64,000 bases of DNA. Source: Cyanophora paradoxa CCMP329. Its lineage: Eukaryota > Plantae > Glaucophyta. The stretch lies in the NCBI GenBank assembly GCA_004431415.1, contig QPMI01000071.1, positions 372,001-436,000 on the forward strand, written 5' to 3'. Position numbers and translations under genes: made by a program. The notes under the pieces are model-generated. The model ran no database searches and was not told the origin of the DNA. It saw nothing but the letters and a program-made list of their open reading frames with translations. Of this stretch, positions 1 to 10,212 are shown one piece after another; positions within the stretch are counted from its first letter, which is position 1; each line of letters begins with the position of its first letter.

Positions 1-2160
1 CTAGCATCAACACTACGATCAGAATCCGAACCAGACCGAACTAAACTAGAAGACGAAGAAGTACGCCGGCGCCGGCGGGATACGATCGCGACCAGCGAAG
101 CAGAAGACGAAGGCAAAGGCGGCAGTCCGGTATCAAGAACAAAGGCCGGAGGGTCCGGCCCGGCAAACCGCCGGGGGAAGTAGAAGGAGCCGCAGGCTCG
201 GCAAGCCGGCGACGGGTACGACCACGAGTCCGGGAGGAGATCGGGGAAGCCGGTCCCGGAGCTGAGGGCCCAGGAGCAGAGCCAGGAGAAGGTAAGCCCG
301 GCGAGAAATCTGACCCGGAGCCGGAACCCAGCGAACGACGACGACGAAGAGGCCCCGAGGAGCCACGACGGGGGAGCTACCGAGCAAAGTACTGACAGCC
401 GGCGCCGAACACGGCGGCGGAGGTACCCCGCAGACAGTGGCAGGCGGAGAGTCCAGGGTCGATCGAGAGATCCGCCGACGGGAATGCGGCGGGGGCCGAC
501 GAGACGGAAGAGGCCTAGGCGAGGAGGGGGCCGAGGAAGGGTCGGAGGCAGGGGAAGGGCCGCGAGCAGGTGACGGGGATCGCTGCCGGCGCCGAAGAGA
601 GGGCAGCGAAGCTGGAGAAAGGTCGGGTGGCGCCGGATCAGATGACACGGAGGTCATGGCCATGGGCGGCGCAGAGAGAGACGAGCTCGAGGGCGCAAGG
701 GCCCGACGAGGGCGCCGGCGGCGAATCTCACGAGCGCCAGGAAGCGGGATAGGACCCGCATATGGGACCCGAGGCGCCGAAGGGGAGCAGGGAGCCGGAA
801 TGACGGGGAGACCGAAAAGAGGACAGTCTCGCCAACACTCGGAAGCGGGGCAGAGGCCGAGGACCCGGAGCTCGAGGGGGGAGGGAGGGCGGAGGAGGAG
901 AGAGAAGGCGGCTATTCGAAGGGTATGGAGAATCGAGAGCGGAGGCGAGGGAGGCCGAAGTGATGGCGAGCTCTGGAGGCGAGGGGGCCTGCAAGCGGAT
1001 CCGGGAAAGTGGATGCAGATGCAAAGAGACCGGGGACGTAGAGGCGGGAGGGGCATGCAAAAAGATAGTGCCGCCCAGCGTCACAGTTGCAGAAGCGGGG
1101 GCAAGAAGGATGGGCTGAAGAGGGGGCTGAACCAGGAGGACGTCAGAAAGAGGGCCTCGCAGGGGCGGAAGTGGAGGAGCAAGGGGAAGAGGTAAGAAGG
1201 GGTATGGAGCTGCAAGATGACCGGCCACATGTACAGGCCGGGCCCACATGTACATCTAGCGCTGCAGTCTCTAGACACCAGCACTGCGGGGGCTGCCTAG
1301 GGGCCCGGCCGAAGCAAAATAACTGGCTATATATAGGACAAGAGCACTAAGAACGACAAGACGAAGAGCCGAAAGCGACAACAAAAAAAAATAGACATAG
1401 ACCGAGAAGAGACGTCGACGACGTACGTATACGAGATATTAAACACCGGTCGCGAGACCGAGAAAATCTTTCAAGTTTAGGACGACAGACACAAAAAAAT
1501 TGAGCTAACCCCAACATCCAAGGGGACCACAGCATGCGATGATCATGACGAGACCGCTACCGTCGAAAGAGGACAAAGCTAGAAGCGAGAAAGATAAATT
1601 AAATCACAGGACGCCTTAAAGCAGACAGGTAAGAGGAACAACAGGAGGAACGACAAGTAAGAGAGTAAGAGGGGACGGAGGCGAAGGCGGACGATGCGAA
1701 AGAGCAGGCAAAAACGCAAAAACCTTGCAATTGATATGAAGCCTGAAGGGCAGTCAACGGGATCGATATCGTAAAAACTGGCCACAAAACTTGAAACTGG
1801 CCGAACTGATCGCGAACTACCGTAGTACAAGCCGGCAAAGCATAAGACGAAGCGAGGACCCCGGCACCAAGGACGGGGGCCGGAGGCCCGGGCCGCCCGC
1901 GGCCGGTAGGGAGTGAAACAGAAGGAGACGAAGGCCCAGCAAGCGTTAAGGCGACGACGGGCGCGACCACGAGGAAAACGGAGCGGCGGGCCCGGCACGC
2001 CGCCGAAAAGTCTAATCATGACCCGGGGAGCCGGCTCCAGACTCTGAGAATTGAAGCAGACAAGCCCGGAAGAAAGCCTGACCCGGCCCCTGCGGCCGGG
2101 GGAGCGCTAGCCAATTCGCAAGACGTCGACGAGGCAGGGAAACGTGGGAGAGGAAGGAAA
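1..2160 (-). other. Unassigned, strongly purine-skewed segment; possibly a degenerate retroelement fragment
   Basis: Strong strand skew (pyrimidine-rich on -), broken S/P/L-rich ORFs (133-1056, 1579-2019) and none of the intron pattern seen in neighbouring genes. No RT, integrase or zinc-knuckle motif recognisable. Confidence 0.2.
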
Positions 2161-2828
2161 TCAATTAAGAATGAATGTATCCAGCTAGCTATCCTAGCTA
2201 TGATCCTTTAGCTTCGCCCAGTATTACCGTCCACTGCAAAAAGAGGAGTATCGAAAGCTCTTAAGCTTAAGAGAGGGGAGGCAGAGGGGGGCCTGGAAGC
2301 GGAACTCGGGGGCTTCATTAAATATATGGGCGCTCAACGAGAGATGGAAGACAGTGGGCGGCCGCGCCGGATCCGCAGCAGAGGCCTGGGCGACCTGCTG
2401 CGGCCGCCGCCGCCCCCCCGGTGGTTTCCGAAAGCCGGGGCGTTCTGAGCTTGAGGCGGTGCCGGTTCCCTCCCGGCGAGGCCCTGCAGGGCCCAGAGCT
2501 CTCAGGGGATGATAAGGGGACGAAATGCGGGGGTGGGGGGGGGGGGCGCGAAAGGGGTACCTACCTCCGGATTTGGGCCGCCGGGAAAAAAGTGGGAGGG
2601 TAAGAAAAAAGGAGAGGGTACAACGGTAAAGAGCTCGGCCGTCGATGCGGCGGCCGCTCTGCCGTGGCGGGACGCTGGGAGAAAAGTTGGGGCGGAAAGG
2701 GCGGGGGAGGGGGAGGGCGGAGAGGGGGGTAGGGGTTCAAAGACGGGTATAGGAAGCGGGAGGTACGTCTGGGTCGGCGTTAAAAAACGAAAGAGGGAGG
2801 ACGGGGCCGGATCGATGGGTTGGTTGGA

Positions 2829-3232
2829 CAGGCGGGCCGCGGGCGGGCGGGCGGGCGGGGGCGCCCGCGGGCCTGGCCCATCGCCGGGTCAGAAGGGGCG
2901 GGGGAGGGCATGGGGGAGGGGGTAGGAGTTCAAAGCGGGCGGGCGGGCGCGCGGCGGGGGCGGGCCTGGCCCGTCGCCGCGCGGGCGAGGGCGCCCGCGG
3001 CCCCCCCGTCGCCGGGCCTGGCATGGGGAAGGGGGGTAGGAGTTCAAAGCGGGCGGGCGGGCGGGCGGGCGGGCGGGCGGGCGGGGGCGCCCGCGGGCCT
3101 GGCCCATCGCCGGGTCAGAAGGGGCGGGGGAGGGGCATGGGGGAGGGGGGTAGGAGTTCAAAGCGGGCGGGCGGGCGGGCGGGCGGGCGGGGGCGGGCCT
3201 GGCCCGTCGCCGCGGCCGGGTCAGAAGGGAGG
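2829..3232. repeat. G-rich minisatellite (about 3 imperfect units of 110-130 bp) just beyond the stop codon of F-box paralog 1
   Basis: Recurrent gggcctggccc(a/g)tcgccg...ggtcagaaggg...catggggg...gggggtaggagttcaaagcgggcggg, with (GGGC)n runs. Confidence 0.85.
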
Positions 3233-5717
3233 GCGCCCATCGAAAACGCCCTCGACCGCCTCCCGCAGATCCTCGAGCTCCGGGCTCCCCCAGGGGTACA
3301 GCGCGTTGCGCGGCGTCAGGGCGAGCTGGACGGCGACCTCGGGCCCGAGCCGGCGGTTCAGGTCCTGGGGGGTACGCGTAAGTATCGGACGAAGCCAGTG
3401 AGGCGGACTCGGGATGGTAGCGAAGGGGGGGGGGGGGGGGGGGGGGAGCGCGGACCTCGAAGGTGCGAAGGGGGAGGGGCGCGGCGGGGTCGAGCCCGGC
3501 GGAGAGGCGGAGGCGCTGGAGGGCCGGCAGGGCGAAGAGGGCCCCCGCCCCCGCTTCCGATAGCGGCCAGCCGCATGCGAAGTCGGTGAGGACCCGCCGG
3601 ACGCCCTCGCTCCCCAGGAACGCGGCGAAGTCGTCGGAGGAACCGGTGTAACCCCCTGCGCCCCCCGGGATGAGCGGGGCGGGGCGGGCGGGCGGGCGGG
3701 CGCCGGGTCCGGCCGGGCTCACACTTCATCTCCCGCAGGGCGAGCCTGGCCAGTCGGGGCAGGGCGGCGATTGCGTTGGCCAGGGCGCGGCTGTCGCCCG
3801 GCGCCCGGAAGAGCCCGTCGAGCTTCAGATCCGTGAGTGCCCGCCGCACGCCGGCGCTCGTCAGGAGCGTGACGAGGATGTCGTTGGCGGCGGCGCTCGA
3901 GCTCGCAGAAGCAAAAGTGCAGCCTGCAGGCACGGAACGTTAACAGCCGAAGGCCTAGGGCCGGGGGGACCCTCGCTCCGTGAGCCGGGTACGTAGACAT
4001 ACGCGCGCGGCGCCGGCTCACCTGAGAAGTTGTACTGGAGATCGAGAGCGAGGTTCTCGAGGCGGGGCAGGCCGGAGAGCGCGGCGCAGAGGGCGTCCAG
4101 GCCGGCCCGCGCCCGCTCGGGGCTGACGCCGGGGTGGTAGTTGAACACGACGCTCAGGCGCGTTGACCGCAGGTTCTCGGCGCAGCCGAACGCTAGAATC
4201 GAGGAGGGGTCTATGTGGGTGTCGTAGACGTGGATCTGCGATCGCGAGCAGGAAGATCGGCGCAGGCAGAGACAACGGCTCGGATCGAGCTCTGGCGGCT
4301 CACCTCCAGGGGTGCGATCACCTCGAGCTTCGGCATGCGCCCCAGCGCGGCAAGTGTGGCGCCGTCGCTGATCTGCGCCGGCGCCAGCTCCGCGGCTGTG
4401 AATCCCCTCGGAAAGACTCCGTCCCTGCAAAAATCAGGAAGTTAAAATCGCAGAAAGGTAGAAAGAAAGACTGGGAAAGGGCCGCCCGCGGAAGTTCTAG
4501 TGCGCACCCCAGCAAGCGGTTCTTCCCGGCGAAAACGATCTTGCGTAGGCTCTGGCCCGCCGGCCCTTCCGCGAGCTCCAGCAGGCCGTGGCGCAGGTAT
4601 ACGGAGTAGGCGGGATCGGACAGCGCCGCCGACCGCGTGCACGACACGACGACCAGCGCCAGCTCCTCGAGGTGCGCGAGGCGGGCGAGCGCCGCCAGCA
4701 CCGCGTCCGACGACTCGCGGAACGGGCGGAGGCTGACCGCGACGGAGCGGAGGAGGGGGCAGGTGGCGGCGATGACCGTCGCGGCCTCCGAGCTGACAGC
4801 CATGCGGAAATCGTCGAAGAGAAGGGTCAGGGAGCGCAGGCCGCGAAAGGGGATGAGGGCGGCGTGCAGCTCGGCTGCCGGCGGCCACGGCACACAGCCG
4901 GCCGGCATCTCGTCCATGACTGAGTGGATGTAGTCGTCGTAACCGTCGTTGTCATGATCTGCGGCGTCGACGCAGCTCCCGCCGCTAAAGCCGACGCTGA
5001 GGCTCTCGAGAGCGCTGGGCGCCCCCTCCCGAGGCTGCAGCGCCCGTAGCACGTCCAGCAGGTAAGAGCTGAACAGATCGGGATCGATTTCCCGCGTGCT
5101 GCTGTCACCGAGCACTAGCCCGGTTTCATCGTGATCGTTTAGGAACATCACGCTCGCTTCGCGCGGCTGCGCCGATCTGAGCATCATCGCCGCGAGGAGG
5201 TTGCAGGCCGCCGCGACTGTCCGCTTGTTGCCTGCCGCTTGGGCGACGAACTCGTAGAGCCACGGGCGGAGGGTCACGCTGAAGCGCTCGCTGAGCCGCA
5301 GCTTCCCCTTTTCGAACAGATCCGAGGCCATGCAGTACGCACAATCGCAGTGCGAGCTGCACGCCGGCGTCGACGTCGACCCCGCTTCGTACGCATACCA
5401 CAGGTCAAAGTCCGCCCACTCCGTCTCCTCGACAACTCGCCGCCACCGCCTGCGATCCGCCGTATGCTTAGCTAAGACGAGAAGCGCGCGCGGGGGGCAT
5501 GCGCAATTGAGGACCGAGCGACGGACCTGCACACGATGCGCAGGGGCCAGCTCTCTCGCAGCCCGAGCGCCTTGAAGACGTTGCTGACTACATCATCGGG
5601 CAGCGTGTCGATAGATGCAGCTGCCGCCGTTTGCGAGGGCGCCGGCGCGGCTTTCGCCGGCCGCGGGTCCACGCGCTCGGGATCCTCCGCACGCTCTCCG
5701 GACGCAGGGCTCAACAT
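3221..5717 (-). CDS. F-box/RNI-like LRR protein, paralog 1 (multi-exon)
   Basis: ATG at 5717. F-box motif IDTLPDDVVSNVFKALGLRESWPLRIVCR|RWRRVV is split by intron 5450-5526. LRR-like segments LRSLTL, CPLLRSV, LAHLEEL, LPRLENLAL. Final exon ...VEGVFDGRPPF* ends at TGA 3221-3223. Colinear with the paralogs at 7691-10070 and 48219-50841. Confidence 0.8.
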
Positions 5718-7690
5718 CGCTCGTCTCTCCCGACTGCTCTGCAGCGTTTGAAGTCAGCGGGCGTAGGCCAAGGGCCGCGCGGGGGAACACAGCAGGCAGA
5801 CCAGCGGGCGGGGCGGCCCGGATACAGTTGGACCGTAGCTAACGCGTTGGTGCGATCAAAGCGAAGGATCTCGATCCCTTAGTGCTCTGGCGGACCTCAC
5901 GACGAGCGAAGGGGGGCTAGGCAGTCGCCCCCGAGGGGGGGTAGACAGCAGCAGCCGCGCGTTCGACTGCGAGCTGCGAAGCGACGGGAGGGCTCGACGT
6001 GCTGCGATGAACAACTTGCTCGGCTTGCGGGTGAGCTGGCCTGTGCGCCGCGCGTGGAGGTCCGCATCGCCAATTGGCCTATCGATCTCAGCCGCGCGTA
6101 GCTACAAGCTAAGCATGCGGCATATGATGGGCGGTGGCAGCGAGTGGGCCAGCTTCGAGCGTCATGGGCCGAATCGAAGCGAGCGTCGTGGGCCGGTCGT
6201 GCAGTTGACCAGTAGAGGCGGTCAGCGATCAGCCGCAGCGGAATCATGATCGATCGAGACCAGAGTGCCGCGGGCGCTGGCGCCGCCGGGAGGAGCGGCT
6301 GAAGCCGGGCCTGCAGGGCCCTCGCTAACGCGTCGGCTGCGGCGTAACCGCGGCCGGCGCCGGCAGAGGCAAACGCAGCGCCGAGCCCGCCAGCTCGCGA
6401 TCGAGCTCGGCCCCAGCTCCTGCATGGCAGTCCGTGCCCGCCGTCGCCGCCCGTCGCCGAGCGGCTGCCTGCTGTCCCCGCTCCACGCTCTTCAGCTTCC
6501 GGCCCGCAGGCCGCTGCCCGCCCGCCCGCCCCTCCGCTCCGTCGGCGTCACCGCTCGCCCGCGCCCCGCTCCGAATCGTTCTGCGGAGCGTGGGTCGCGG
6601 TTGACGTCGGCGGCGGCGGCGGCGCCTCGGGATCCGCGCCTCCGGCTCTCCGCCGGGCTCCGCCGGGCTCCCGCACCTGCGAGGCGCACGCACGTGCGCC
6701 GTCCCCTCGGCCTGGCCCGCCCCAACCGCCCCTCTGACCGCCCGCCGCCCGCCCGCCCGCCCGCCCGCCCGCCAGGACCGGGGTCGAGCGTCCCGCCTCG
6801 CCCGCCCGCCCGTCCGTCAGGCCCTCGAGTCGTCAGGCGAAGACGGCCCCTGGTTCGACGAGGCGAGCGCCGCCGTCCGCGCCCGCCCCGCCCGGCCCGG
6901 CGGGGCCCTGGAGCCTCCCGCCCCTGCCCGCTCACACGCCCCACGCGCCCTCTCCGGCCTCGTACCCCGCTCACGCCTTCTTCCGGGGGGGGGGGGGGCA
7001 CCCCGGACTCCTTCGCCCCCAGACTCTCCTCCCCTGTTTCAGCCCCCGACCCCCTCGCCGCCGAGTTGCTCAGGGAGGGAGGGAGTGTGGTGGGGGGTGG
7101 GGGTGGGGGATGGGGGGGGGGGGGGGGGGGAGGGGTGGGGGGGCTTGACCCCGTACCTCCAACCTGGCGAGCGGGATCCCGGCCTTCACAGACTCTCCAA
7201 GGTACCCATGGCCAGCCCCTTCCCTTTTCCTCTTCCTGTAGTACCCCCTCCGATTCCTTCCCACGTGCAGGCCGAGACCCGCCTCGTACACTCGTAACCC
7301 CCCCCCCTCCTCCCCGCTCTTCCATCCCGGGATTCCATCTTCCATCCCGCTCTTTCTAGGCGTGGCGGAGGATCGGAGCGGAGACTCTCAGATGGATAGA
7401 TTGCTGTTCTCGGGTCTCGTTCTAGTTCGCACCAGCCCTCTAAATCGGCTCCGACCCGGGACCCATGTCAAAAGCTGAAAGGTCATAATAGCATATATAT
7501 AGCTGGCATAGCTAGAATGCTACAGCATAGCTGAACATAATCTAGAATCTAAATCAGGTCCGCGGAAAGCATTATAATTACAGCACCGGAAAGAGGGGCA
7601 TCAGGGCATCAGGGGCAGCTGCGACGGGGCGGGCGGGTGGGCGTCGACGGGGTGGGCGGGCGGGGGGAAGCGAGGGGAGGGAGGGGCCCC

Positions 7691-8165
7691 TCAATCGAGT
7701 CCAGCTGCAACCGAGTCGACCACCTCGATCTCGAAAATCTCGCGCTTCCGCGCGGGCCGGCGCCCCGCAAACATGCGCTCGATTGCGCGCTCCGCCCTCG
7801 CGAACGCACGATCGTCGATCTCGTCGGGGTACACCTGCATGCTCACGGCGACCTGGGGCCCCAGGCCCTGGAGAATCTGCCGGGGTACAGGCGCGCGCAC
7901 GTTAGACGGGGGTACAGGCTGCGCGGGGGGGGGGGGGGGGGGGGACGGCTGCGCCTGGAAGGGGCGGAGGGAGGGTTTGGCGTTGAGCCAGCACGCGACG
8001 TCCAGGCGCTCGAGGGCCGAGAGCTCCAGTACCCCCTCCGCCTCGGCCAGCGTGAGCGGCCGGTCGAGAGAGACGTAGAGGTCGACCAGGGCGCGCCGGG
8101 CCCCGGAGCACGCCAAGATGGCTACGATGTCGCCCACCTCCAACCGGTACACTGCAGCGGCTGAG

Positions 8166-8197
<32 letters not shown>

Positions 8198-10070
8198 GCT
8201 CAGCTGACCGTCGAGCTCCAGAGAGAGCCGTTCGAGGCGGGGCAGGACGGAGAGGGCATCGGCGAAGGCGCGGGCGGCGGCGGAGACGTGGGCGCGGTCG
8301 AAAGGGACCCCGCCGTGGTAGCGGACGGCGAGCTCGCGCAGGCCGGTGAGGCGCCCCAGGGCCTCCACGAACGCCGCATCCACCTGCGAGTCCCGAAGCT
8401 GCGACGGAGTAAGAGGGGTACGGAAAGGAAGGGGGTGGGCCCCCCCCTTCCGGACCTCGAGCGGCTCGTACGACTCGAGGCTGGGCATGCGGGCCAGGGC
8501 GGCGAGCAGGGCCAGGTCGTTCCCCGCCAGATCGGCATCCGCCTGGGCCCGCCGGGCCCACTCTGACCGGGCCGGGAACGCCCCTTCCCTAGCACGTCGG
8601 TCAGCGAAGGGCGCACGAACTTCGGAACGAGTGGCGCGGCTCAGCAGACTTTGGATAGCGCAAATACATTAGCTCAGGCTGGTGTACTTCCTAGTAGTGA
8701 GTACTTAACTGGGCTTCATTGATTAGCTAAAGATTGGATTGGCGGAGCTAGCTTAGCTTAGGGTCTTACGCGTGGCGCGGCTCTTCAGACTAATGCTGTA
8801 CTCAGCAGACTCAGTATACGTAGTGAGCGCTTAGCTGTACTTGGTTCGTCGGCTTAGGATTGGATCGTCTAAGTTCGGAAGGCCTAGGGGCGAGCGGCCG
8901 CACCGGTACAGGCCCGTCGAGCGGAAGAGAGCGATGCGCCTGAGGCTGCGGCCGGCGGGTTTGTCGGCGAGCGCCGCGAGCGCGCGCGGCTCGTTCGAGT
9001 CGCGGGTCGGCGGCGGCCACTCGACGACCAGCTCCTCGAGGTGCGCGAGGGGCGCCAGCGCGGCGAGCGCCGCGTCCTCGCCCGGGCCGAGGGCGAGGGA
9101 GCGGAGGAGGGGGCAGGCTTCGGCGATGGCGGCCGCCGCCTCCAGCGCGGCGCCCTCGTCGAGCTCGTTGAAGAACAGGGTGAGCGAGCGGAGCTTGCCG
9201 AAGGGGGCGAGGGCGGTCCGCAGCTCGTCGGGCTCGGGCCACGGCATGAACCGATCGGATTCGGAGTCGTCGCTGCCGGGGCCGCCCGTGAATCCGACGC
9301 TGAGGCACTCCAGGGCGCTGGCGGCGCCGTCCTGCGGCGCCAGCGCCCGCAGCACGCCGAGTAGAACGTCGCGCAGGAGCTTCCGTGTGGCGCGGCGGAT
9401 TCTGGAGGCGTTGATCAGCTCGACGGTCGCCTCCCGCAGCTGCGCAGGGCCGCAGACGCGGCCGGCGATGGTTGCGAGGAGCCCGCACGCGGCGCTCGCT
9501 GCGAGCTGGTGGCTCTTCTCTACAGCGGCGACGTCGCCGCTCTTCCCGAGGCGCAGGGTCGGCGGCCGGGGGAACTCGGCCCGAAGCGCCACGCTGCAGC
9601 CGGCGCTCCCGCCGAGCCGCAGCTTCCTCGCCTCAAAGAGTTCCGTCAGAAGGCTGTAAACGCGCTCGCCACCCGGGCCGCCGGCGCCCTCGCCCCCTGC
9701 CGCCTTGCGCCGCTTGCCTGACTTGCCGCCCGTCCAGTCCGTGGCATCCCCGCCCTCGATCCGCAGCTCGACGCTCGCCCACTCCGTCTCCTCGACCACT
9801 CGCCGCCACCGCCTGCGATCCGCCGCGTGCTTAGCTACCACGAGAAGCGCGCGGGAGGCTAGGGCACACGAACCTGCACACGCCGCGCAGGTGCCAGCTC
9901 TCTCGCAGCCCGAGCGCCTTGAAGACATCGCTGACTACAGCATCGGGCAGCGCGTCGAACGCCTCCTGACCCGCTCCTTGCAGAGGTACCGGCGCGGGTG
10001 CAGGTGGCGCGGCCGGCTGTTCGACGCGGGCCCGCTTCGACGCATGCGATTTCGATTTGTGCCCCGACAT
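7691..10070 (-). CDS. F-box/RNI-like LRR protein, paralog 2 (multi-exon)
   Basis: MSGHKSK...FDALPDAVVSDVFKALGLRESWHLRGVCR|RWRRVVEETEW, with the same first-intron position as paralog 1. LRR-like GKLRSLTL, ACPLLRSL, LPRLERLSL. Last exon ends at 7691. Confidence 0.8.
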
Positions 10071-10212
10071 CGCTGAACGCGCTCGGCGTGAACTTCGCAC
10101 CCCGAGCTTTCGGGTCGACGTACCCGCCGTTGAGTGCGAGCGTACCCGGAAAGGTTGATCGCCCAGGTCGGGCGCAGACTGCCGCACCAGCACGCAGCGC
10201 TGGATTGGGCGG

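Noticed and set aside
437-1195. 252-aa Gly/Arg/Glu-rich plus-strand ORF
   Set aside because: Composition follows the purine skew. No ATG start and no domain signal.
1497-1515. GGGGTTAGCTCAATT on the minus strand, resembling a tRNA 5' end or A-box
   Set aside because: No cloverleaf, T-loop or B-box follows.
6265-7359. 364-aa Arg/Pro-rich ORF and overlapping ORFs
   Set aside because: Low-complexity GC artefact crossing G homopolymers. A few splice-like sites exist but I could not build a coherent protein.
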